A DNA stretch of 14,587 nucleotides from Octopus sinensis (lineage: Eukaryota). Under the pieces are notes generated by a model. The model saw only the letters and a list, made by a program, of their open reading frames with translations. It was not told where the DNA came from and made no database searches. Where the stretch lies: NCBI RefSeq assembly GCF_006345805.1, contig NW_021825702.1, positions 1 to 14,587 on the forward strand, given 5' to 3'. Position 1 is the stretch's first letter. Each line of letters starts with the position of its first letter. The translations under genes and the position numbers were made by a program. Below are positions 1 to 8,385 of this stretch, piece by piece.

Positions 1-132
1 TAACATTACTTTCCTTCTGGTGGCTTCCGGCAAGAGATGCTGGAAAATGGGATCGAAAACAGACAACAATTAATGGATAAACAAACACTCTCCCCTACTT
101 CTTCCCCCTCGTGTGTGACCCTTCTGTCCGAA

Positions 133-336
133 GTCAGTCGCCATGATAGATCGTTAGCCACTACGCACATTTTTTCTCTCCTTGTTTCCCTCCTTGTTTT
201 TTCTGTCTCCCCTTCTGTAGAAGAGCGCAGGCTCGAAACGTAAAAGACTTTTTCTATTCCTGAGCGTTATACTAATACATCTGTTTGTATTGTACACCAC
301 CAGTCTTCGTTTTTTGTATTTTTCGTAAACTCTCCC
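133..336 (+). mobile_element. Penelope-like (PLE)-derived non-autonomous repeat, copy 1, with hammerhead-like motif, ending at (TA)n
   Basis: Aligns by eye with the reverse complement of 714-915 (cgccatgatagatcgttagc...gctcgaaa.gtaaaagactttttctatt...ttcgtaaact.tccc). Contains CTGTAGA-A-GAGC-gcag-GCTC-GAAA-C-GTA. Ends at (TA)n 337-356. PLE assignment is inferred from the motif. Confidence 0.65.
211..247 (+). ncRNA. Degenerate minimal type-I hammerhead ribozyme-like motif
   Basis: cctt-CTGTAGA-A-GAGC(gcag)GCTC-GAAA-C-GTA-aaaga: core-like box, 4-bp stem II, GAAA, NUH triplet GUA, imperfect stem I. The core has U where CUGANGA has A. Confidence 0.5.
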
Positions 337-383
337 TATATATATATATATATATACATCTAAATGGATCCGAGTTCTTTCAC

Positions 384-605
384 AGGCCATACGCTCATTA
401 GGCCGGTTTCTGTGACGTATGTATTTTTTCTCTAGACGGGACGCTGGTCGCCACAGGATTACTCACTTTTTACCAGCTGAGTGGACTGGACCAACGTGAA
501 ATGAAGTGTTTTGATCAGGAACACAATGTATCACCCACTCCAGGAACCGAAACCACAATCTCACGATTATGAGTGCAACACCCTAACCACCAAGTCACAC
601 ACGTA
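384..605 (-). mobile_element. tRNA-derived SINE, family B (diverged)
   Basis: Minus strand: A-box-like tgacttggtgg, B-box-like gtttcggttcc, CORE-like tgtgttcctgatcaaaacacttc. Shares agtccactcagctgg and the gaaaccgg tail with 10898-11126. Confidence 0.8.
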
Positions 606-675
606 CGCACACACACGTACACACGCGTACACACGTACACACACACATACACACCACACACACACACACACACAC

Positions 676-712
<37 letters not shown>
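596..712. repeat. (CA)n/(TA)n compound microsatellite
   Basis: Directly visible. Confidence 0.95.
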
Positions 713-713
<1 letters not shown>

Positions 714-714
<1 letters not shown>

Positions 715-915
715 GGGAAAGTTTACGAAAATAAGCAAAAGACGAAGGCAGGTGGAGTACAAACAAACAAATGTATTAGTATAGCCATCAGGAATAGAAA
801 TAGAAAAAGTCTTTTACATTTCGAGCCTTCGCTCTTCGACAGAAAGATACACAGAAAAAAACAAGTAGAGAAAAAAATGCGTGTAGGAGCTAACGATCTA
901 TCATGGCGTCCTGAC
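714..915 (-). mobile_element. PLE-derived repeat, copy 2 (inverted relative to 133-336)
   Basis: Reverse-complement homology to 133-336. The terminus abuts (TA)n 687-712. Confidence 0.65.
810..847 (-). ncRNA. Degenerate minimal type-I hammerhead ribozyme-like motif
   Basis: Minus strand: tcttt-CTGTCGA-A-GAGC(gaag)GCTC-GAAA-T-GTA-aaaga. Stem I tcttt/aaaga and stem II GAGC/GCTC both pair perfectly. Confidence 0.55.
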
Positions 916-1080
916 GCACACATACATGCATAAAGTACATTTATATGCATATATTTATGAATATATACGTATTCATAAGCAGCTTCGGTGTTAGAGGAGC
1001 CATGAAGAACTCTGTATCTTCTGGCTCTCACGCCCTTTTCTGCAGATAAACCACTGTCGCTATCATTATCAAACATTTAC

Positions 1081-1256
1081 CCTCAATCAACGCAGTATTT
1101 GATCCGTTCTGTTTTACGGCTAACATTAGATTAAATGGACGTTGTTCTTTTTGGGGATAACCACAAACTTCCAACGAGAGTGGAGCTAGGCACAATTTCG
1201 CCCGAGTCTTAGTTTCTTCCTCTACTTTTGTCAGAGGAAGCAACACCAATTTTTTC
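1081..1256 (-). CDS. Weak candidate exon (KKLVLLPLTKVEEETKTRAKLCLAPLSLEVCGYPQKEQRPFNLMLAVKQNGSNTALIE), product unknown
   Basis: Non-repetitive and open within ORF 1028-1285(-). Donor GAGG|gtaaat; acceptor ttag| lacks a pyrimidine tract. No recognised homology. Confidence 0.15.
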
Positions 1257-1311
1257 CTAATTTGACATTGTAGATTTCTATCCATTCATACACCAAAATA
1301 ACAAAGTTATA

Positions 1312-1686
1312 AAAGTTAAGTTAAGTTAATTTTGGGGCTTAAAAAGCAAAATCACGGCCATGTAGGGGGACATAGGGTTATGTACAGGGAGGGTGTTCAT
1401 GTAAAGAGTTCAGGCCATTTCTGGTCAAGAGAGACTTTGAACCGAGCGGTCGTCGGCATCTTCACTATCTCGTCCAGCAGCTTATTCCACGGAACCGCAA
1501 CCCGGACGGAGAAAGCCCCTCTCCTTCGATTGAGATGAAATCGTCGCAGATAGAGCTTTTCGGAGTGACCCCGCAGCCGACGCTCTGGAGCAGGAGTGAA
1601 GAACAGCTCTTTCGAGAGGTTACACATTCCGCTTATGATGTTGTGAGCGAGAATGAGATCTCCACGGCGTCGTCGTTTTTTTAGAG
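1312..1686 (-). mobile_element. 5'-truncated CR1-clade LINE: ORF2 C-terminus, short 3' UTR and (AACTT)n tail
   Basis: Minus-strand frame 1684-1397 reads LKKRRRRGDLILAHNIISGMCNLSKELFF...LRGHSEKL...FSVRVAVPWNKL...FKVSLDQKW, with the typical CR1 RRxRGDL, RGHxxKL, FSxRV..WN and FK..LD motifs. The tandem tail appears as aagttaagttaagtt at 1313-1327. Confidence 0.92.
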
Positions 1687-1762
1687 CGTCTTCAGCCTTT
1701 CTTCATAAGACAAAAGTTACACTGCATGCTAAAAAGACACTGCTTTTTTATATGGACATTAC

Positions 1763-1838
1763 CTGAATTCAGAAATTTCACCTGGATGATTCCTTTCATA
1801 TAAACAAGGAGTTGTACAATAGATCTGGGGTGTGCGAT
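1763..1838 (-). CDS. Weak candidate exon (RTPQIYCTTPCLYERNHPGEISEF)
   Basis: Minus strand: branch-like ctaac, then tattcccttaag| acceptor and CAG|gtaatg donor. Open frame is phase-compatible with 1081-1256. Confidence 0.2.
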
Positions 1839-2014
1839 CTTAAGGGAATAGATATGTTAGATACCTTAAATTAAAAATTCCCCTCAGTACTCTTAGGGCT
1901 ATACAGAGATGAGGAGTTAGCTATCCCTATGGTGGACAAATGTAATCTTGCTAGTTAAGAAGCAGCTGTAAGCTAATGAAAGTGATTGTGTAATTCGTTC
2001 TTTAACAGTCATTA

Positions 2015-2368
2015 ATATATGTATATATGTATGTATATGTACATACATACAAATATATATATACATAAAATATTATATATATATATATATATATATAAAC
2101 GTATATACTTCTTATTCTACCAAATATATACGTTTTTATTATTATTTTGCAATTTACTTAATCATTGGTATTTTATTGTTATTTTAATTTTAATATTTCT
2201 ATTATATGTAATTTTCTAAATGGTGTAATTTAATTGTTCATTTTAAATTGATAAAAGGTGTTTTTTTCTAATTTATATATATATATATATTATATTTTGA
2301 AATTCGATTTAGTTTCTAAATTGAATTTTTCCCTGTAAGTTAGGAATAATATTCCCTCAAATAATTAT

Positions 2369-2421
<53 letters not shown>

Positions 2422-2491
2422 GGTGCCCAGCATGGCCACAGCTCATAGGCTGGAACTGGAATCAATCAATCAATCATATATATATATATAT

Positions 2492-2525
<34 letters not shown>

Positions 2526-2622
2526 AAGAAGTAAATATATGGCACAACGAAGTACCGATATTCTTTACTGGAAAGCAATACTCTAGTATTGCATTACTAA
2601 TTTATATTGCATTACTAATTTT

Positions 2623-2653
<31 letters not shown>

Positions 2654-2673
2654 ATATATATATATATATATAT
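2015..2673. repeat. AT-rich low-complexity region with several (TA)n, (ATCA)n and (GA)n tracts and an 18-bp tandem duplication (2587-2621)
   Basis: Directly visible. Confidence 0.9.
2419..2476 (+). mobile_element. Isolated 3' tail fragment of a family A-like SINE between (TA)n tracts
   Basis: ggcggtgcccagcatggccacag matches ggcggtgctccagcatg near 11736. Ends in (ATCA)n. Confidence 0.65.
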
Positions 2674-2783
2674 AGCGCAAATATTCCCCTCAATACACTT
2701 TGACCTATATAGAGATGACTGGTTAGCTATCACTTTGGATATTCACTAATACAGTAGGGAAGGACATTATCATACATTTTCAG

Positions 2784-2852
2784 ATCTTTGATAGAGCAGC
2801 CCTTATCTACAACGTCTTCCGAGAAGTGATCGGATTCAAACGCTTAATTAGG
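2784..2852 (+). CDS. Weak candidate exon (IFDRAALIYNVFREVIGFKRLIR)
   Basis: ttttcag| acceptor, 23 open codons, weak AGG|gtacat donor. Opposite strand to the other candidates. Confidence 0.15.
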
Positions 2853-2898
2853 GTACATTTCAAATCAGGGCCCTTCACAGAAATATAGTTAATATATA

Positions 2899-3050
2899 GG
2901 TGCAAGCGTGGCTGTGTGGTAAGAAGCTTGCTTCCCAACCACTCACTGCGTCTCACTGCGTGGCACTTTGGGCGATTGTCTCCTACTATGGTTTCGGGCT
3001 AATCAAAGCCTTGTGAGCGGATTTGGTAGACGGAAACTGACAGAAGCCTG

Positions 3051-3053
<3 letters not shown>
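2899..3053 (+). mobile_element. tRNA-derived SINE family A, 5' half
   Basis: gtggctgtgtggtaag...gccttgtgagcggatttggtagacggaaactga, homologous to 11336-11497. The B-box region is deleted or rearranged. Confidence 0.88.
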
Positions 3054-3096
<43 letters not shown>

Positions 3097-3125
3097 GATA
3101 TAATATATATATATATATATTATAT
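3054..3125. repeat. (TA)n microsatellite
   Basis: Directly visible. Confidence 0.95.
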
Positions 3126-3129
3126 GTAA

Positions 3130-3258
3130 GACCCCAGGACTTATTCTTTACAGTATAGTATTTATTCTATCGGCCTCTTTTGCTGAACCGCTAAGTTACG
3201 CAAACACACAAATACCGGTTGTCAAGCGATGGTGGGAGGACCACCACAGACACACAAA
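3130..3258 (-). mobile_element. SINE family A, 3' half in inverted orientation, tail missing
   Basis: Reverse complement matches about 11590-11720 (catcgcttgacaaccg...cgtaacttagcggttc...aagaataagtcctggggtc). Confidence 0.85.
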
Positions 3259-3326
3259 TACATACATACATACACACATACATACATACATGCATACATA
3301 CATACATACATACATACATACATACA

Positions 3327-3356
<30 letters not shown>
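3259..3356. repeat. (CATA)n microsatellite
   Basis: Directly visible. Confidence 0.95.
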
Positions 3357-3358
<2 letters not shown>

Positions 3359-3401
3359 ACAAAGTAAACTTGCAAGGTTACCGCACGAGTGAAACTATAT
3401 A

Positions 3402-3764
3402 GGAAAGAGGATTTGAAAATGCAGAGGTCTTTTAATTATTTTAAGTTCATCAAAAATCATAATTGTAAAGAAGCATACATATAGAAAGAATCATATTTAA
3501 GTATTTATAGAGAATTTATTTTACTACCTATCTTGAACAATTTCACGTAAACTGTTTAAACAAAAAGCCCCTCTTAACATTTTCTTATCATTGTCAAAGA
3601 CTGTATAACTGCATTTTAATACAATTATGATAATCACTTTTTAACACAACAAAGCTTATACAAAGCTTTACATTTTACTTTTGAAAATCTTTTATCAAAA
3701 AAGTGAAACCGGTCAAGTCAATAAACATCTTTAAAAGGCCTCAGCATTTTCAAATCCTCTTTCC
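3402..3764 (+). mobile_element. AT-rich element with 34-bp terminal inverted repeats flanked by TATATA; contains a decayed hammerhead-like motif (PLE-derived or MITE)
   Basis: 3402-3435 ggaaagaggatttgaaaatgcagaggtcttttaa versus the reverse complement of 3731-3764: 32/34 identical. TATATA lies outside both arms. GAAACCGGTC at 3705-3714. Confidence 0.75.
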
Positions 3765-3787
3765 TATATATATATATATATATATAT

Positions 3788-3868
3788 ACACCTGCCCAAG
3801 GTGCCACGCAGCGGGACTGAACCCGGAACCATGTGGTTGGCAAGCTCCCCCCTCCCATAGCCACTCCT
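3788..3868 (-). mobile_element. SINE family A head fragment
   Basis: Reverse complement of aggagtggct...ccacatggttccgggttcagtccc...gcgtggcaccttgggca. Confidence 0.85.
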
Positions 3869-3918
3869 CACCAGTCATAGCTATGTGCAGCTATTCAACA
3901 TACACAGCTTTAAGGTCG

Positions 3919-4145
3919 AGCCAAAACAAGGGACCTCTATGTGGTCGTTCAATCTGTTAGAAATAACTGCCAAATCTTCTCAGACAGCATTCAAATATAT
4001 TGAAACAAAGAAGGGCACATTGCATAACGTAATGTCGGGTCTTATAGTATTCCTCAAAATGAGACCAAATGGCTACGGCACAGTTTAAACAGCTTTGAAC
4101 ATCAGCGTCTCAATCAAGAGTGGCCAGAAGTTAAATAACAGCAAC
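3919..4145 (+). mobile_element. Unclassified interspersed repeat, family D (diverged)
   Basis: ctctatgtggtcgttcaatctgttagaaataactgccaaatct is homologous to the reverse complements of about 11806-11860 and 13010-13045. Ends in taaataacagcaac. Confidence 0.6.
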
Positions 4146-4342
4146 TGTGGAGGCGTAATGGCCCAGTGGTTAGGGCAGCAGACTCGCGGTCGTAAGAACG
4201 CGGTTTCGATTCCTAGACCGGGCATTGTGAGTGTTTATTGAGCAAAAACGCCTAAGCTCCACGAGGCTCTGGCGGGGGTGGATGGTGAATCCCGCTGTAC
4301 TCTTCCACCACAACTTTCTCTCACTCTTTCTTCCTACTTCTG
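4146..4342 (+). mobile_element. tRNA-derived SINE with family B-related head and distinct body
   Basis: A box TGGCCCAGTGG 4159-4169, B box GTTTCGATTCC 4203-4213, then CORE-like ttgagcaaaaac. Confidence 0.8.
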
Positions 4343-4610
4343 CCACAAAGCAGAGGAACCATGACGTGGTAAACTTTCAGACCCTAGTCTAGATTGTGAA
4401 TCCTCTCTACCCCAGGATGGTTCAGCTCTCCACCCGTTAAAAACCACTGTTTACAGAATGAGGATAACAACGTAGCTTTCGCGCCCGTGCAACCACCAGT
4501 CTATCGCGTGTGGTGGGTGGATCTTCAAGTTGCCACACGCATTCTTAGTAGCTTAGAGGAGGCTCGAATTAGAGATTATTCTTTGTGGCTAATGGCGTGA
4601 GTCCTGATTG

Positions 4611-4635
4611 GAAGAAGAAGAAAAAGACAACAGCA

Positions 4636-4678
<43 letters not shown>

Positions 4679-4865
4679 TAACAACGGCAACAGTGGCAGT
4701 AGCAGCAGTAGCAGCAGCAGCAGCAGGAGGCTGAGGTACAAACCAATGTAGAAGCTTTGTATGGTCGCCAAAACTTTTAAAGTATTGAATCTCATTCAAA
4801 TCACAACTAAAATAAAGAAAGAAAAAAAGAAAGAAAGAAAGAAAGAAAGGAGGAAAGAATGAAAG
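4611..4865. repeat. (GAA)n, (CTA)n, (GCA)n and (GAAA)n microsatellites
   Basis: Directly visible. Confidence 0.9.
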
Positions 4866-4877
4866 ACAGAACAGACA

Positions 4878-4975
4878 TGTTGGCTTGATCACGACTAGAA
4901 TGTTTTGTATAGCAAGGTCTGCTCGACTTGAGCTGACCTGGGTTTAAACAACAAGACCAACAAGAACAAGAACAG
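4878..4975 (+). mobile_element. Family D terminal fragment ending in CAA-rich tail
   Basis: aggtctgctcgacttgagctgacctgggtttaaacaac resembles the reverse complement of 12858-12895. Confidence 0.6.
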
Positions 4976-5149
4976 CAACGACATTCCATGGACGAAACTA
5001 AATTGAGAAACTGATCAACAGGGATTCGAACTACGTTTCTAGTTATTCACCTAAATACACACCACCATCGTCACTCCCACCAGCCTAACCTCCCCCAACT
5101 ACGAAAATGACATATGTATATGAAAACCTGTCAAAATAAACTCCCCACA

Positions 5150-5650
5150 CGTATGTATGTATGTATGTATGTGTATGTATGTATGTATGTATGTATGTAT
5201 GTATGTATGTATGCATGCATGCATGCATGCATGCATGTATGTACGTATGTCCGTATGTGTATATATATACATATATATAATATATATACACAAACATATA
5301 TATACTTATATGTATGTATACATACATATACATATATATATGTATATGTATATATTCATACATACATACATAAATACATACACACACACACACACACATA
5401 TATATATATGACAGACATATGAATATTGAGATCGATTTAATCGACTCGTCCACAACCACCCACCACACCACCACCACCATCATCATCACCACCACCATCA
5501 TCATCACCACCACCACCATCATCATCACCACCACTGCCACCACCATCACCATCGCCATCAATACAGCTTTCAACAACACCATCATTATCATCGTCATCAC
5601 CACCACCACCATCATCATCATCATCGTCACCACCACCACCATTACCACCT
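5150..5650. repeat. Compound microsatellites: (GTAT)n, (GCAT)n, (TA)n, (CA)n, then (CAC/CAT)n
   Basis: Directly visible; source of the spurious low-complexity ORFs. Confidence 0.95.
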
Positions 5651-5779
5651 CTATCCCATCTACATCAATTGATTTGTGCTTAGTCATGAGACATCCATAT
5701 GAAAAAACCGTCAATAGCAACAACAACACAATAACATAAGCCTTCCCCAAGACAGATTTTGAAGGCGTGCGGGTTTCAC

Positions 5780-5872
5780 CTTGGTGTGACCTCTTCCTTG
5801 ATCAAGTGGCGCAAGCAAAGACTCGTGAAGACGTTAAAAGTACAGATACCAAGATAGCGCTCATGTCGTTTC
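5780..5872 (-). CDS. Weak candidate exon (KRHERYLGICTFNVFTSLCLRHLIKEEVTP), product unknown
   Basis: Unique, more GC-balanced island between microsatellites. ttccgtacag| acceptor, AAG|gtgaaa donor, 93 nt symmetric phase 2-2. A plus-strand frame is also open. Confidence 0.25.
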
Positions 5873-5994
5873 CTGTACGGAACAGTTTTTTTAGTGTTTC
5901 ATGGCGGAATATTGATGTAATTGTCAGAACAAGACGAAAGTTTCGTGTCCGCAGACGAGATTGCGCGCGCGCATCAGTGTATATTTGCTTGAGT

Positions 5995-6008
5995 ATGTGT
6001 GAGTGTGT

Positions 6009-6046
<38 letters not shown>

Positions 6047-6588
6047 ATGTGTGTGCGTGTGTGCGGGTGTGTGTATGTGTGTGTGTTTGTACGTGTGTGT
6101 GTTTGTATGTGATTCTGTATGTGAGTGCATGATTGTGTATGTGTGCGTTTTTGCATGTGTGTCTGCATGATTGTATATATAATGTGTGTGTGTGAGTGAA
6201 TGATTGCGTATGTGTGTGTTTGTATGTGTGTGTACATGATTGTGTATGTGCTTGTCGGTATGCTTGTGTATTCATTTTTGTTTGTATATTTTGTGTGTGT
6301 GCGTGCGTATGTGTGCGTGTAGAGAGGAGAGTGTATTATTGTATGCATACGTAAGTGTGTGTGCCTAGAGGTGGTTGTGTGTATGTGTGCGTGTGATTGT
6401 ATGGCTGTTTGTCTTTGACTGTATGGTTGGTGCGTGTGTATATGTATGTGTGTGGGACTGCGATTTGTGTATATGCATTATGTACTCGTGACTTAGTGTG
6501 TGTGTGTGTGCGTATGCGTGCATTTGTGTGTGTGTATGTGTGTGTTTGTGTGTGTGTGTGTGTATGTGTGTACGTGCGTGTATGTGTG
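5995..6588. repeat. Degenerate (TG)n array
   Basis: Directly visible. Confidence 0.95.
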
Positions 6589-6691
6589 ATGAAGGTGACA
6601 GATGAAAAATGGACGTTGAAGCAAGTCAGGTAAGAATGACCAATTCTTATGAAATATTACAAGACTTTGGTGAGCGATTCCCCCTTCAGAA

Positions 6692-6882
6692 TACACACAC
6701 ACACGCACACACACATACACACACACACATACACACACACTCTCTCTCTCTCTCTCTCTCTCACCCTCTCCCTCTTACTGCCTCAGTCATTCACTTTCCA
6801 TCTCTCTGAAAGCACTACTGTCCTCAATCACATTGCTTTACTTTCTCATCGCATACTAATTTACACACACCACACACACACA

Positions 6883-6913
<31 letters not shown>

Positions 6914-7015
6914 CCTCACACACACACACACAAACACACACACATACCAACACACCACACACACACACACACACACACACACAACCACACACACACCTAT
7001 ATATATATATATGTA
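6692..7015. repeat. (CA)n, (CT)n and (TA)n microsatellites
   Basis: Directly visible. Confidence 0.95.
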
Positions 7016-7021
7016 TTCATA

Positions 7022-7211
7022 TAGAAACGTTAGCACAGCCGGACGAAATGCGTAGCCGTATTTCATCTGTCGTTACGTTCCGAGTTCAAATTCCGCCGAG
7101 GTCGACTTAGGCACTGGAGTCGGTGTAATCGGCTTTATCCCTTTGTCTGTCCTTGTTTGTCCTCTCTGTGTTTAGCCCCTTGTGGGCAATTAAGAAATGG
7201 AAATAAAGAAA
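7022..7211 (+). mobile_element. SINE family C monomer with internal deletion and tail type 1
   Basis: gaaacgttagc...gagttcaaattccgccgaggtcgact, then jumps to cactggagtcgg...tttgtctgtccttgtttgt...ccccttgtgggcaattaagaaat; compare 13901-14130. Confidence 0.88.
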
Positions 7212-7279
7212 TTCATAAAATACTCGCATACATAAGTGCGCGCGCGCTTGTGTGTATGTGTGTGTGTGTGTGTGTGTAA

Positions 7280-7545
7280 GAGCGTTTGGCGTAGTGGTTA
7301 GGGTGTTGCACTCACGATCCCGAAACCGTGGTTTCAATTCCTGAACCAGGGCGGTACGTTATTCTCTTGAGCAAAATATTTCATCTCACCTTGCCTGCGA
7401 TCACTTCAACATCTGTTGTGTCGTGTGCCGTGCACTCGTTCGGGCAACATCAATTTGATGGAGGGAGGGAGCTAATGTGAACCATATGCTCCTCATCACC
7501 AATCACTTCTGCTGATTTTTCAGCAAGAAATTGCAGAACCGTCTT
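7280..7545 (+). mobile_element. tRNA-derived SINE with family B head and a different body
   Basis: A box TGGCGTAGTGG 7287-7297, B box GTTTCAATTCC 7331-7341, CORE-like cttgagcaaaatatttcatctcac. The 3' boundary is approximate. Confidence 0.75.
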
Positions 7546-7570
7546 CATCAGACTACGAGAGAGTATCAGC

Positions 7571-7682
<112 letters not shown>

Positions 7683-7899
7683 TCAACTTCTTCAAGTACC
7701 ACTTGAAGAGGAAAGTGAGAGTAGAGAGGCAAGTTTTGTCTAGCGAATGTTTTAAAAAAAGATGGGTGAATGTAGCTAGGATGACACGTATGAATGACGA
7801 AGCCACCTTGAGCATAATTCTATGAACCCAGAAATTGAAAACAGAGGGTTACCCACTTGCAAACAAATGTGGTAACATATAACAATATTTCCATCCAAC

Positions 7900-7954
7900 C
7901 TTCTGCTCTTTAGGTTTTCGGTTAGATCGTAATCAGAGGAAGAACACCAGATTT
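7900..7954 (-). CDS. Weak candidate exon (IWCSSSDYDLTENLKSR)
   Basis: cacttcatgtacag| acceptor, weak AAG|gttgga donor. Phase-compatible with 5780-5872. Confidence 0.12.
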
Positions 7955-8385
7955 CTGTACATGAAGTGATTGTTAACAGCTTATAATCATTTATAGGGGC
8001 TACTAAGGGTCAGGAAATTGGTCAGTATTGACCTCCGCGGGTCTATGCTGTTATCCATATATTCGATTATATTAATATAATTTGACTGAATTTTTATTAT
8101 TCATTTTCAATTTCGTTTAAGCACTTTCATTAATTTCTTTAAAACATTTCTTATTAATTAAAAAGCGTTGATGATGCAAACGAACTGAGGAATTATTGAT
8201 TTTAAATCAATAATGTTTTTTTGAATAATATGAATTTAAGAATTTTATTTAGAAATTTACGTAATGGAGATCGATAATTGATCAACGATTCCATGAAAGG
8301 GAGAATGATATGTTTGCTACCGCCTTGTGTAATCAAATTAGGAGTCAGTTAAACCAGCCAGGTTCAATTTGCATAACTGCATAGA

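Noticed and set aside
1046-1134. Plus-strand exon after the strong acceptor cccttttctgcag
   Set aside because: All three frames stop within 30 codons and there is no convincing donor; cannot be supported without transcripts
4146-4225. tRNA genes at SINE heads (also 7280, 11126, 11336)
   Set aside because: A/B boxes are present but I could not form a full cloverleaf, and each continues into a SINE body
4530-4600. HDV-like ribozyme suggested by gtggCTAAtggcg
   Set aside because: Could not find matching P1, P2, P3 or L3 elements upstream
5085-7110. Long ORFs rich in V/M, T/I, H/T and C/V
   Set aside because: Translations of di-, tri- and tetranucleotide microsatellites that lack stop codons by composition
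7510-7556. Minus-strand CTGATGA...GAAA hammerhead candidate (similar cases near 10300 and CTGAAGA at 11804)
   Set aside because: No stem II or stem I pairing and no properly placed cleavage triplet
8192-8214. Perfect 11-bp palindrome attattgattt-t-aaatcaataat (and a hairpin at 2301-2327)
   Set aside because: Very AT-rich context with no supporting feature; plausibly chance or local strand-switch mutation
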